Assembly (NCBI GenBank): GCA_022749845.1
Contig: JAKIWX010000001.1
Coordinates: forward strand, 12,387-76,386
Origin: Thermoplasmata archaeon
Lineage (GTDB): Archaea; Thermoplasmatota; Thermoplasmata; Lutacidiplasmatales; UBA184
Direction: 5' to 3'
DNA: 64,000 nucleotides
In this document: in pieces, positions 9,788 through 17,540 of the stretch
Position numbering within the stretch: position 1 is the stretch's first letter
How the letters are laid out: each line of letters opens with the position of its first letter
The notes under the pieces: model-generated
What the model saw: only the letters and a program-made list of their open reading frames with translations
Database searches by the model: none
What the model was told of the DNA's origin: nothing
Position numbers and translations under genes: made by a program

Positions 9788-11122
9788 CTAGGGGGTTCCC
9801 TGCTGCGCGAACTGTCGCTCGAGCTGCCGGCGCAACTTCCGGTTGCTGGTGATGCCGTGGGCCGCCTTCCGAGTCGCTTCCCACTGCTTGAGGAGGGCGC
9901 GCACCTCTTGCGGGCGCTGGCCGCTTCCGCGCGCGATCCGCTGGATGCGGTCTCCCTTGACGAGGTGGCCGTCGTCGAGCTCCGCCGGGGTCATGGAGTC
10001 GAGGATCGACCGGTAGCGACGAAGTCGGACCTGGGTGTCGGCCAGCTGCGACTCGTCGAGCTTGGCGCCCCCGATCCCTGGGAGGAAGGAGAACAGCTTC
10101 GAGACCGGACCCATTTCGCCCAGCGAGTCGAGCTGGCTCCGCATGTCCCGGAGGGAGAACCGGCCGCTCATCAGGTGCTCCGCCGCCTTCTTCGCCTCCT
10201 CCTGGTTCGTGAGCTCCTCGAACCGCTCGAGGAGCGTCCGGATGTCCCCCATGCCGAGGAGACGCGAGACGAACCGCGTGGGGTCGAAGTGCTCGAGCTC
10301 GTCGAGGTGCTCCCCCGTGCCGAGGAACAGGATCGGGGCGCCGCTCGTCGCCACCGCGGAGAGGGCACCGCCCCCCTTCGCCGAGCCGTCGAGCTTCGTC
10401 AGCACGACGCCCGTGAGCCCCGCGGTGTCGTGGAACGCCTTCGCGCTTCGCCCGGCGCTCTGGCCCATCGCGGCGTCGAGCACCAGGAGCGTCTCCTCTG
10501 GGTTGAACACCGACCGGACCCGGCCAAGCTCGGCGAGGAGGTCGGGGTCCACGCCGGAGCGCCCGGCGGTGTCGACGATGATCGTCTCGTGGCCCGGGAA
10601 CTTCTCCAGCGCCTCCGCGACGATCTGCTCGGCCCGCTTCTCGGCCCGATTCGAGTAGAAGTCGCAGCCCACCTTCTTCGAAAGCTGCTCGAGCTGGTCG
10701 ACGGCGGCCGGCCGGTGGACATCCGCGGCCACGAGGGCCGCCCGTACCCCCTTCTTCTGGTAGTAGCGGGCGAGCTTCCCGGCGGTCGTCGTCTTCCCTT
10801 GGCCGAAGAGGCCCACGAGGAGGATGCGTCGGGGCCGGTTGTCGAGCGGGCGCTCCTTCCCGAGGATGCCCCGGATCTCCTCGTAGATGATTCGAATGAG
10901 GAAGTCGCGGACGCTCGCCCCCGACGGGGGCTTCTCCTGCGTCGCGCGGGCCCGTACCCGCTTCGTCAGGTCGAGCGCGAGCTGAACGTTGACGTCGGCC
11001 TGGAGGAGCGCACGCTGGATGTCGCGGACGACCTCCCCGAGGAGCGCCTCGTCGACGGTGCTGCTCCGGGCGATCTTCTGGAGCACGCCGCGCAGCGATT
11101 TCCCGAGGGAATCGAGGACCAC
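9788..11122 (-). CDS. srp54: signal recognition particle protein SRP54
   Basis: (M)VLDSLGKSL, LLQADVN, GQGKTTT, DTAGR, TKLDGSAKGGG, M-domain RIQRIARGSG. Start placed at GTG 11122. Confidence 0.96.
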   Translation of the reverse strand: MVLDSLGKSLRGVLQKIARSSTVDEALLGEVVRDIQRALLQADVNVQLALDLTKRVRARATQEKPPSGASVRDFLIRIIYEEIRGILGKERPLDNRPRRILLVGLFGQGKTTTAGKLARYYQKKGVRAALVAADVHRPAAVDQLEQLSKKVGCDFYSNRAEKRAEQIVAEALEKFPGHETIIVDTAGRSGVDPDLLAELGRVRSVFNPEETLLVLDAAMGQSAGRSAKAFHDTAGLTGVVLTKLDGSAKGGGALSAVATSGAPILFLGTGEHLDELEHFDPTRFVSRLLGMGDIRTLLERFEELTNQEEAKKAAEHLMSGRFSLRDMRSQLDSLGEMGPVSKLFSFLPGIGGAKLDESQLADTQVRLRRYRSILDSMTPAELDDGHLVKGDRIQRIARGSGQRPQEVRALLKQWEATRKAAHGITSNRKLRRQLERQFAQQGTP

Positions 11123-11240
11123 GAGGCACCTCCGAACTTCCGACACCGGAGAGCGGAAAAAGGCTTGGCGCCGGCTTCCGGGGATTCCCTCGCCGAACGA
11201 CCCCACCGGCGCGGGGCAAGGCTCTTATTCCGTGCCACAG

Positions 11241-12731
11241 ATGGAAACGGTGACGTCTATGGTCGAAGCTCCGCCCGCTGGTCCCGCACCGGTCGCGAAG
11301 GCTCCCCCGCCCAAGCTGAACCCGGTACGGGTCCCTATCCCCGAAGAGCAGGTGTCGGAGCGGATCCAGGACTTCCGGGAGATTATCCACGCCTACTCGA
11401 AGGAGGACGCCGTCCTCGAGGCGAAGCGGTGCATCCAGTGCCGGCGACCTTGGTGTGTGGAAGCTTGTCCCATCAACCAGGATTGCCGCGAATACATCAA
11501 GCTCGTCGCGACGGAGGAGTACGACCAGGCCGCCAAGGTGACGTTGAGCGAGAACCCGCTCGCCACGTCCCTGTGCAAGGTCTGCTACAGGTACTGCGAG
11601 GACGCCTGTGTCGTGAAGAAGAAGGGGGTTCCGATCGCGATCCGCGAGCTCAAGCGTTCCTCGCTCGAGCTCGGGAGCTCCGACCTCGTGTACATCCCCT
11701 CGAAGCCAAGGGGCCAGCGCGTCGCGGTCGTGGGCGGCGGGCCTGCCGGCATGATGGGGGCCTGGGAGCTCGGCGTCCGTGGCTACGGCGTCACCGTGTT
11801 CGAGGAGGAGAAGCGGGTCGGCGGGCTCATGCAGACGATCCCGGCCTACCGCATGACGGACGCCGACGTCCAGCAGGACCGGGCACGGTTCCGTGGCCTC
11901 GATGTGACGTGGGTCACCGACCGACGGATTGGGGACGAGTTCTCGCCCGAGAAGCTCCTCGAGGAGGGGTACGCCGCCGTTCTCGTCACGGTCGGCACGC
12001 CCGCCCACCGCGTCCTTTCCGTTCCGGGGGAGGAGCTCCCGGGGGTTTTCCCTGCCCTCCAGCTCCTGAAGCGGATCAACCTGGGCGAGCACGTGAAACT
12101 CGGGAAGAAGGTGGTCGTTGTCGGCGGAGGCGATGTGGCCATGGATTCCATTCGCAGCGCGATCCGCCTCTCCGAGGGGAAGGATGTCACCCTCATCTAC
12201 CGCCGAAGCCGGGGGGAGATGCCGGCGGACCACGAGGAGCTGCTCGGCGCCGAGGAGGAGGGAATCCACTTCCTTTACCAGCGGGCCCCCGTCCGCATCG
12301 TCGGGAACGGCCACGTCGATGGGATCGTCGTCCAATCGATCGAGCTTGGGCCCCCCGACGCGAGCGGGCGACGCTCCCCGGTCCCGGTCCCGGGCTCCGA
12401 GACGACCGTTCCGTGCGACACCGTCATCGTCGCGGTCGGCCAGAAGGCGGACCTACGCGGCTTCTCTCCGGAGCTCGACCTCAAGATTACGACGCAAGGT
12501 TGGCCCGAAGGGAAGGGTCCAGGGTTCTCCTCCTCCGTTCCCGGTGTCTACGCCGCCGGGGGCCGGAGCGTAGTCTACGCCATGGGCGCGGCCACCAAGG
12601 CGGCCGAGGCCATCGACCGCTACCTCTCCGAGAAGCGCGGTGCCCCTCCCTCGACGGCGCGACCCGATCCCTGGGGCGGGGAGAGCACGTGGCACCTTCC
12701 GGCAGGTTACACTCTGCCGATTCGCGTGTAG
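11241..12731 (+). CDS. FAD/Fe-S NAD(P)-dependent oxidoreductase, GltD/SudA/NfnB-like
   Basis: EAKRCIQC…CVEACP and CKVCYRYCEDAC Fe-S motifs; Rossmann motifs GGGPAG and GGGDVAMD; YRRS. Start may be ATG 11259. Confidence 0.88.
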   Translation: METVTSMVEAPPAGPAPVAKAPPPKLNPVRVPIPEEQVSERIQDFREIIHAYSKEDAVLEAKRCIQCRRPWCVEACPINQDCREYIKLVATEEYDQAAKVTLSENPLATSLCKVCYRYCEDACVVKKKGVPIAIRELKRSSLELGSSDLVYIPSKPRGQRVAVVGGGPAGMMGAWELGVRGYGVTVFEEEKRVGGLMQTIPAYRMTDADVQQDRARFRGLDVTWVTDRRIGDEFSPEKLLEEGYAAVLVTVGTPAHRVLSVPGEELPGVFPALQLLKRINLGEHVKLGKKVVVVGGGDVAMDSIRSAIRLSEGKDVTLIYRRSRGEMPADHEELLGAEEEGIHFLYQRAPVRIVGNGHVDGIVVQSIELGPPDASGRRSPVPVPGSETTVPCDTVIVAVGQKADLRGFSPELDLKITTQGWPEGKGPGFSSSVPGVYAAGGRSVVYAMGAATKAAEAIDRYLSEKRGAPPSTARPDPWGGESTWHLPAGYTLPIRV

Positions 12732-12767
12732 GTCGAGGTTCGTACCCGCTTCCGATAGGGAAGGTTC

Positions 12768-15281
12768 ATGGGACGGCGCGCTCCCTCGAACTCTCGAATG
12801 CAGCGCAGCTCCCGGCCCTTCGGGTGGAGCGTTCCCATCTGTGTCCTTGCCGCACTCCTGCTTCTCCCCGGCTCGAGCTTCGCTCAGCCCTCCCGGAGCA
12901 CGACGCCCAACCCCCCTCTCGTCGGTTTCTCCGACGCGGGACTGCCCGCCGCGCTTCGTGTCCCTCTCGCGGAGCGAATGGGCTTCGCGCCTGCGGCGCT
13001 GTCCGAGGTACTCGATCCGCACGTCACGGGAGGGATGCTCGAGATCACCGTGCGGCTCCTTCCCGCCACGAACTCGCTCTTCCTCCCTCGGGCTTCCTCG
13101 GCGCCGCCCCTCGACCTCGCGGAGCTCCGAGCGATGTACGCCCCGCCCCCTAGCGTCTACGAAGGCTGGACGAGCTATCTGCACACCTTCGGGCTGAGCG
13201 TTGGTCCCCTCACTTCCGACGGTATGCAGTTCTCCGCTCACGGCACTGCGAGCGGAGTGGGACACGCGTTCGCAACGACCGTCTACACGGGACTGTACGG
13301 CAACCGGCTAGTCCAGTTCCCGAGCCCGGCGCCGACGCTCCCGCCGGGGCTCTCCTCGAGCGTCGCGGCGGTGCTCGGCCTCTCGAGCGGTTGGTCCGAG
13401 TTCACCTTGCCGTTCGCGACGCAGCAGGCCACGCGCAACCTCATCACCCCGAACGAAGCGCACGACGCCTACCAGCTCAGTGCCCTCTACAACTTCTCGG
13501 GAACCTCGCACTGGGCGAGCTCGGTCTCGATCGCAGTGGTCCTCTGGGGGGAGGGCTACGATGAGAGCGACATCTCGACGTTCTTCAGCCAATACTATCC
13601 CGGCGGCTGGCCGCTTCCGTCGGTGCAGCCGTATCCGGTCGATGGGGCACCCTCCCCCAGCCCGGGCGCGGTGAACGATCCGAGCCAGGCCCCGGTCGAA
13701 CTGACCCTCGACATCGAGTGGGCGGGAGCCACGGCTCCGGGTGCCACGATCGACGCGGTCTACGCCCCCGACGGCCCGTCGGCGAACAACTACTCCCCGA
13801 CGGACGTCGCGCTCGACCACGCCCTCACCCAGGCGGTGGGCATCTCCGGTGTCGAGGTGGTCTCGATGTCCTTCGCGACCTCCGACCAAGCGGACCCCTC
13901 GCTCCAGGCCGCCTTCGAGTCGACGTTCGCCTCTGCGACTTCGCAAGGGATTACCTTCGTCGCCGCGAGCGGCGACAACGGCGGCGCCGCCAAGGCGAAC
14001 GGGGCGTGCACGACGACCGCCCAGCCCGAATATCCGGCGGCCTCGCCCCTGGTGCTGTCGGTGGGGGGGACCGCGCCCGTCCTCGACGTGTCGCTGGGCG
14101 GGACCGTCACGGGGATCAACAACGAGCCCGCTTGGAACGGCTCCGGGGGAGGGACCTCCCTCGTGTACGCTGCCCCGTCGTGGCAGCACGGAGTGTCGTC
14201 GGCGGCGAGCGGCCACCGCGGCATCCCCGATGTCGCGGGTCCGGCCGCGCTCAACTTCCTCTACTTTGGCGGGACCACGCGCCAAGGGGATGGAACGAGC
14301 TTCGCCGCCCCCTTCTGGGCCGGGATCATTGGCGAGATGGACGCCATACGAGGTACGCCGTTCGGTTTCCTCGACCCGAGGATCTACTCGATCGCTGCGG
14401 CCGAACCGAACGGGACCGTCGCCGACAGCTTGGTCGACATTACCGCGGGTGCCAACTGTCTCAACTCCGCCGTCCCAGGTTGGGACACGGTGACGGGCTG
14501 GGGTACGCCACGAGCGGTCCTGCTTTACGAGAACCTCGTCGGCTCCTACGTGCACATGAACCTGAGCGTGAGCCCGGGGACGGTCTCGCCCGGGCAGTCG
14601 CTCACCGCCTCGGTACGGGTGACGAACGCCTCGAGCAACGCCTCGCTCCCGAACCTGCTGGTCCAGTTCTCGTCCACCTCCACAGCTGGCTACGCAGGAC
14701 CGTGCGGGGGTACCTTTTCCAGTGCGAACGGGACCACGAACACCACGGGCTGGGTGAGCGTGAGCCTCGTCGTGTCCAACTGCTACCTTGGGAGCCACGC
14801 CGCGATCACCGCTTCGCTGCTTCAGGGAGGGTACTTCGGGAGCAATTCGACCGCGGTGACGGTGAACCTCATCGGGCTCGCGGCGTTTCTCACCTTCATC
14901 GAGCAGTTCCCGTACAACCTGCTCACCTTCGCGCTGCTCATTCTCGCCGCAGTCCTCATCGGCCGGTCCTTCAGCAACCGCTCCCGCCGGAAGACCGCCG
15001 CGCGGAGGATCGCGAACCCAGGCCCGCCCCGACCCGCGGCGCCGCCCATCGTCGGAGCCCGCGCCGCTTCCCCGCCGACGGCTGTCGCTCCCGTCGCCCC
15101 CGCCGTCGGAGCGACGACGACCTCGGCGCGACGAGCTGCACCCGCACGGCCTCCGGCTCCTGTCGTTTCACCGAGCTGCGCCGTCTGCGGATTCGCGCTC
15201 GACCCCGCGCTCACCTTCTGCCCGCGGTGCGGCAGCTACCGGCCGACGGGCACGGCGAAGGGTCCACCGCCGGCTCCGTAG
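12768..15281 (+). CDS. membrane-anchored S53 (sedolisin/kumamolisin) peptidase with prodomain and C-terminal zinc ribbon
   Basis: ELTLDIE (E/D), ASGDNG, RGIPDVA, GTSFAAP (catalytic Ser), GWDTVTGWG; signal peptide, C-terminal TM, CAVCG…CPRCG. Confidence 0.9.
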   Translation: MGRRAPSNSRMQRSSRPFGWSVPICVLAALLLLPGSSFAQPSRSTTPNPPLVGFSDAGLPAALRVPLAERMGFAPAALSEVLDPHVTGGMLEITVRLLPATNSLFLPRASSAPPLDLAELRAMYAPPPSVYEGWTSYLHTFGLSVGPLTSDGMQFSAHGTASGVGHAFATTVYTGLYGNRLVQFPSPAPTLPPGLSSSVAAVLGLSSGWSEFTLPFATQQATRNLITPNEAHDAYQLSALYNFSGTSHWASSVSIAVVLWGEGYDESDISTFFSQYYPGGWPLPSVQPYPVDGAPSPSPGAVNDPSQAPVELTLDIEWAGATAPGATIDAVYAPDGPSANNYSPTDVALDHALTQAVGISGVEVVSMSFATSDQADPSLQAAFESTFASATSQGITFVAASGDNGGAAKANGACTTTAQPEYPAASPLVLSVGGTAPVLDVSLGGTVTGINNEPAWNGSGGGTSLVYAAPSWQHGVSSAASGHRGIPDVAGPAALNFLYFGGTTRQGDGTSFAAPFWAGIIGEMDAIRGTPFGFLDPRIYSIAAAEPNGTVADSLVDITAGANCLNSAVPGWDTVTGWGTPRAVLLYENLVGSYVHMNLSVSPGTVSPGQSLTASVRVTNASSNASLPNLLVQFSSTSTAGYAGPCGGTFSSANGTTNTTGWVSVSLVVSNCYLGSHAAITASLLQGGYFGSNSTAVTVNLIGLAAFLTFIEQFPYNLLTFALLILAAVLIGRSFSNRSRRKTAARRIANPGPPRPAAPPIVGARAASPPTAVAPVAPAVGATTTSARRAAPARPPAPVVSPSCAVCGFALDPALTFCPRCGSYRPTGTAKGPPPAP

Positions 15282-15313
15282 GCATAAAGGCCGTTCGCGC
15301 GTAGCCGGGCGAC

Positions 15314-16063
15314 GTGGGTGCGTCGCGCGCTCGGCTGCCGTCGACCGCGGACGAGACGCGCGCCTACATCGACGAGCACCCGTCGATCCGGGACGCGCTG
15401 CGGGACGACCTCGTCAACTTCGCGTTCCTCGCGCGCAAGATCCAGGCGGAACGAGGGATCCGCAACGGCGAGGCGGTGGAAATGGCCTGCCGTCGGTACC
15501 ATCAGGAACTGCGGACCGAGCTCGGCCGCCCTCCAGGCCTCGTGCGGGTGCTCTCTCACAGCCGACTCGAGGTGAGGAGCCGGGTCGCGCTCCTCAGGAT
15601 TCGCGAGGACGCCGGCATCCTCGACCGGCTTTACCAGATCGGCCGCGGGCTCCTCCCGAGCCTCCGACGCCGGGGCATGTTCCAAATGTACCAGGGTACG
15701 CGCGCGCTCACCATCCTGTGCGAGGACGACCTCCTTGCGACGCTCCTCGAAGCGATCCCGGCCCGGGCCGTGCTCGGCGTCGAGCGGGGCCTCGCGAGCG
15801 TCGCCCTCCGGAGCGATTCCGAGGTGGAGGAGACGCCCGGAGTGATCGCCACGTTCGCCGAGGCGCTCTACAGCCAGGGGATCAACTGCATGGAGACGGT
15901 GAGCGTCTACACCGACTCGATCTTCGTCTTCCGCGAGGAGGCGGTCATTCCCGGGTACGCCGCGCTCTCCCACCTGTTGGGGAGCACGGAGGAACCACCG
16001 GCGAGTGCCTCGAAGACCAAAAGGCGACCCAAGTCCCGCCCGGGGACGCCGAAGTCCGGCTAG
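15314..16063 (+). CDS. archaeal ACT-domain-containing protein, paralog 1
   Basis: YIDEHPSIRDAL…VNFAFLARKI N-terminal helical domain; ACT-like TPGVIATFAEALYSQGINCMETVSVYTD. Confidence 0.8.
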   Translation: MGASRARLPSTADETRAYIDEHPSIRDALRDDLVNFAFLARKIQAERGIRNGEAVEMACRRYHQELRTELGRPPGLVRVLSHSRLEVRSRVALLRIREDAGILDRLYQIGRGLLPSLRRRGMFQMYQGTRALTILCEDDLLATLLEAIPARAVLGVERGLASVALRSDSEVEETPGVIATFAEALYSQGINCMETVSVYTDSIFVFREEAVIPGYAALSHLLGSTEEPPASASKTKRRPKSRPGTPKSG

Positions 16064-16470
16064 ACCGCGACCGGGGGCTGTTCGACCGAGCGCTCGGTGG
16101 TGGTCCGCGAGCTCTCTTCCCAGGCGCTCTTGCCGTTCAACGCTCCCTGGAGGAGCGCCGAGCGCTCCCGAGCGGTGAGACCCGGGTGGCGGCCGTAGAG
16201 GTGGATCTCGAGGCTCGCCCGGGTGGCGTACTCGCGGGAGCAGACGGGGCAGAGGAAGATGGAAGGATCCCCGGCAAACCGCGCGCACTCGCAGCTCATC
16301 ACGTGGCACGGGATGGGGGTGGTCCGGTCCCGCGGTCGGCTGAAGTGCCGGCGGTTCCGGCCGTCGGGGGGAGCGAGAAGGTAGTGGCTCGCACGCAGGT
16401 GATCACACTGGGTGCAGGGCAGGAGTCTCAGGTGGCGCCTCTGGGTGACCATGCGTGCTTGTTCCGCCAT
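16060..16470 (-). CDS. small zinc-finger protein (CxxCxHxxxxH…C…CxC plus C2H2 finger)
   Basis: C-terminal part of track ORF 16060..17373: CTQCDHLRASH…CHVMSCEC and CPVCSREYATRASLEIHLYGRH. Fills the gap between the two ACT genes. Confidence 0.65.
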   Translation of the reverse strand: MAEQARMVTQRRHLRLLPCTQCDHLRASHYLLAPPDGRNRRHFSRPRDRTTPIPCHVMSCECARFAGDPSIFLCPVCSREYATRASLEIHLYGRHPGLTARERSALLQGALNGKSAWEESSRTTTERSVEQPPVAV

Positions 16471-16707
16471 CGCGAGGCGCTGGGGAAGGCGGGACCTCGG
16501 TCTCGGCTCCTCGTGGAGTCGGACCCGGGCTCCCGGTTCCCAGTCCTCTCGACGCGGAGGTGCGAGCGGATGACCCCGATATATCCCCTCTGTCTCGCCT
16601 CCGACAGCGCTCTGGCGACCTCCGAGGGGGTATCGGGCAGGCGCTCCCGAAGGTGTGGGAAACCTATTGGGAAGGTCCCCGTCTGCCCCCGCCCGTCGAG
16701 CCGGGGG

Positions 16708-17412
16708 ATGACAGGTAGAAAGCAATCCGCCGGCCCCACCGCGGCGGAAATCGCCCGACGGTACATCGACGACCACCCCTCGGTCCGGGACTGTCTCGGC
16801 TACGACATCCTGAACTTCACCTCCCTCGCCCGGCGCATCCGGGCCGAGACGGGGCTCCTCAACCAGGAAGCGGTGGAGGTCGCCTGCCGCCGCTACCGCC
16901 GCCAGATGCGGGTCGACCGACCGCTCGAGCAGCGGGTGATCGAAGTGGTGAAGGCGAGCCGCATCGAAGTACGGACCCGAGTCGTGATCATCACCGTCCC
17001 GAACGACTGGGACCTGCTCGGCCAGGTGCTCGAGTTCGGGCGTAGCCTGATCTCCGACCGCCGGAATCTCCTCCAGCTCCTGCAGGGGCCCGGTGCGCTC
17101 ACCATCCTCTGCGAGGAGGACCTCGCCGACTCGATCCTCACCTCCCTCGGCCGCTCCGCCGCCATCGCCGTGCACCGGCAGCTCTCTGCCCTCACCGTGC
17201 GCAGCCCCGAGGCGATCGTGGAGACGCCCGGCGTGCTCGCCTTCCTCGCGGGGGCGCTCTACCGGGCCGGGATCAACTCCCTCGAACTGATGAGCGTCTA
17301 CACCGACTCTACGTTCGTGGTCCGGGAGAAGGATGTGCTGCACGCCTTCCGTGTGCTCTCCGAGCTGGTGCATCCGCCGGTGACCGAGGCCGGCGAGCCT
17401 CCCCGCGCCTAG
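16708..17412 (+). CDS. archaeal ACT-domain-containing protein, paralog 2
   Basis: YIDDHPSVRDCL…LNFTSLARRI; TPGVLAFLAGALYRAGINSLELMSVYTD; clearly homologous to 15314-16063. Confidence 0.8.
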   Translation: MTGRKQSAGPTAAEIARRYIDDHPSVRDCLGYDILNFTSLARRIRAETGLLNQEAVEVACRRYRRQMRVDRPLEQRVIEVVKASRIEVRTRVVIITVPNDWDLLGQVLEFGRSLISDRRNLLQLLQGPGALTILCEEDLADSILTSLGRSAAIAVHRQLSALTVRSPEAIVETPGVLAFLAGALYRAGINSLELMSVYTDSTFVVREKDVLHAFRVLSELVHPPVTEAGEPPRA

Positions 17413-17465
17413 CCCGTGAACAACCCCGAGAGGGTCAGCGAGCGCCGGGTCGCGCCCGGCGACCC

Positions 17466-17484
17466 CAAGAGGTATAAATAAACC
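17466..17484 (+). promoter_or_regulatory. BRE/TATA box
   Basis: CAAGAGGTATAAATAAAC upstream of the second SBP gene. Confidence 0.6.
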
Positions 17485-17540
17485 GCTCCGCTTGCTCGCG
17501 CATCCACCTCGTGGCCGCCGGCCCGGGGACCGGGGCCGTC

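Noticed and set aside
11241-12731. Calling this gene glutamate synthase gltD
   Set aside because: No large subunit nearby; the family includes many non-GOGAT enzymes.
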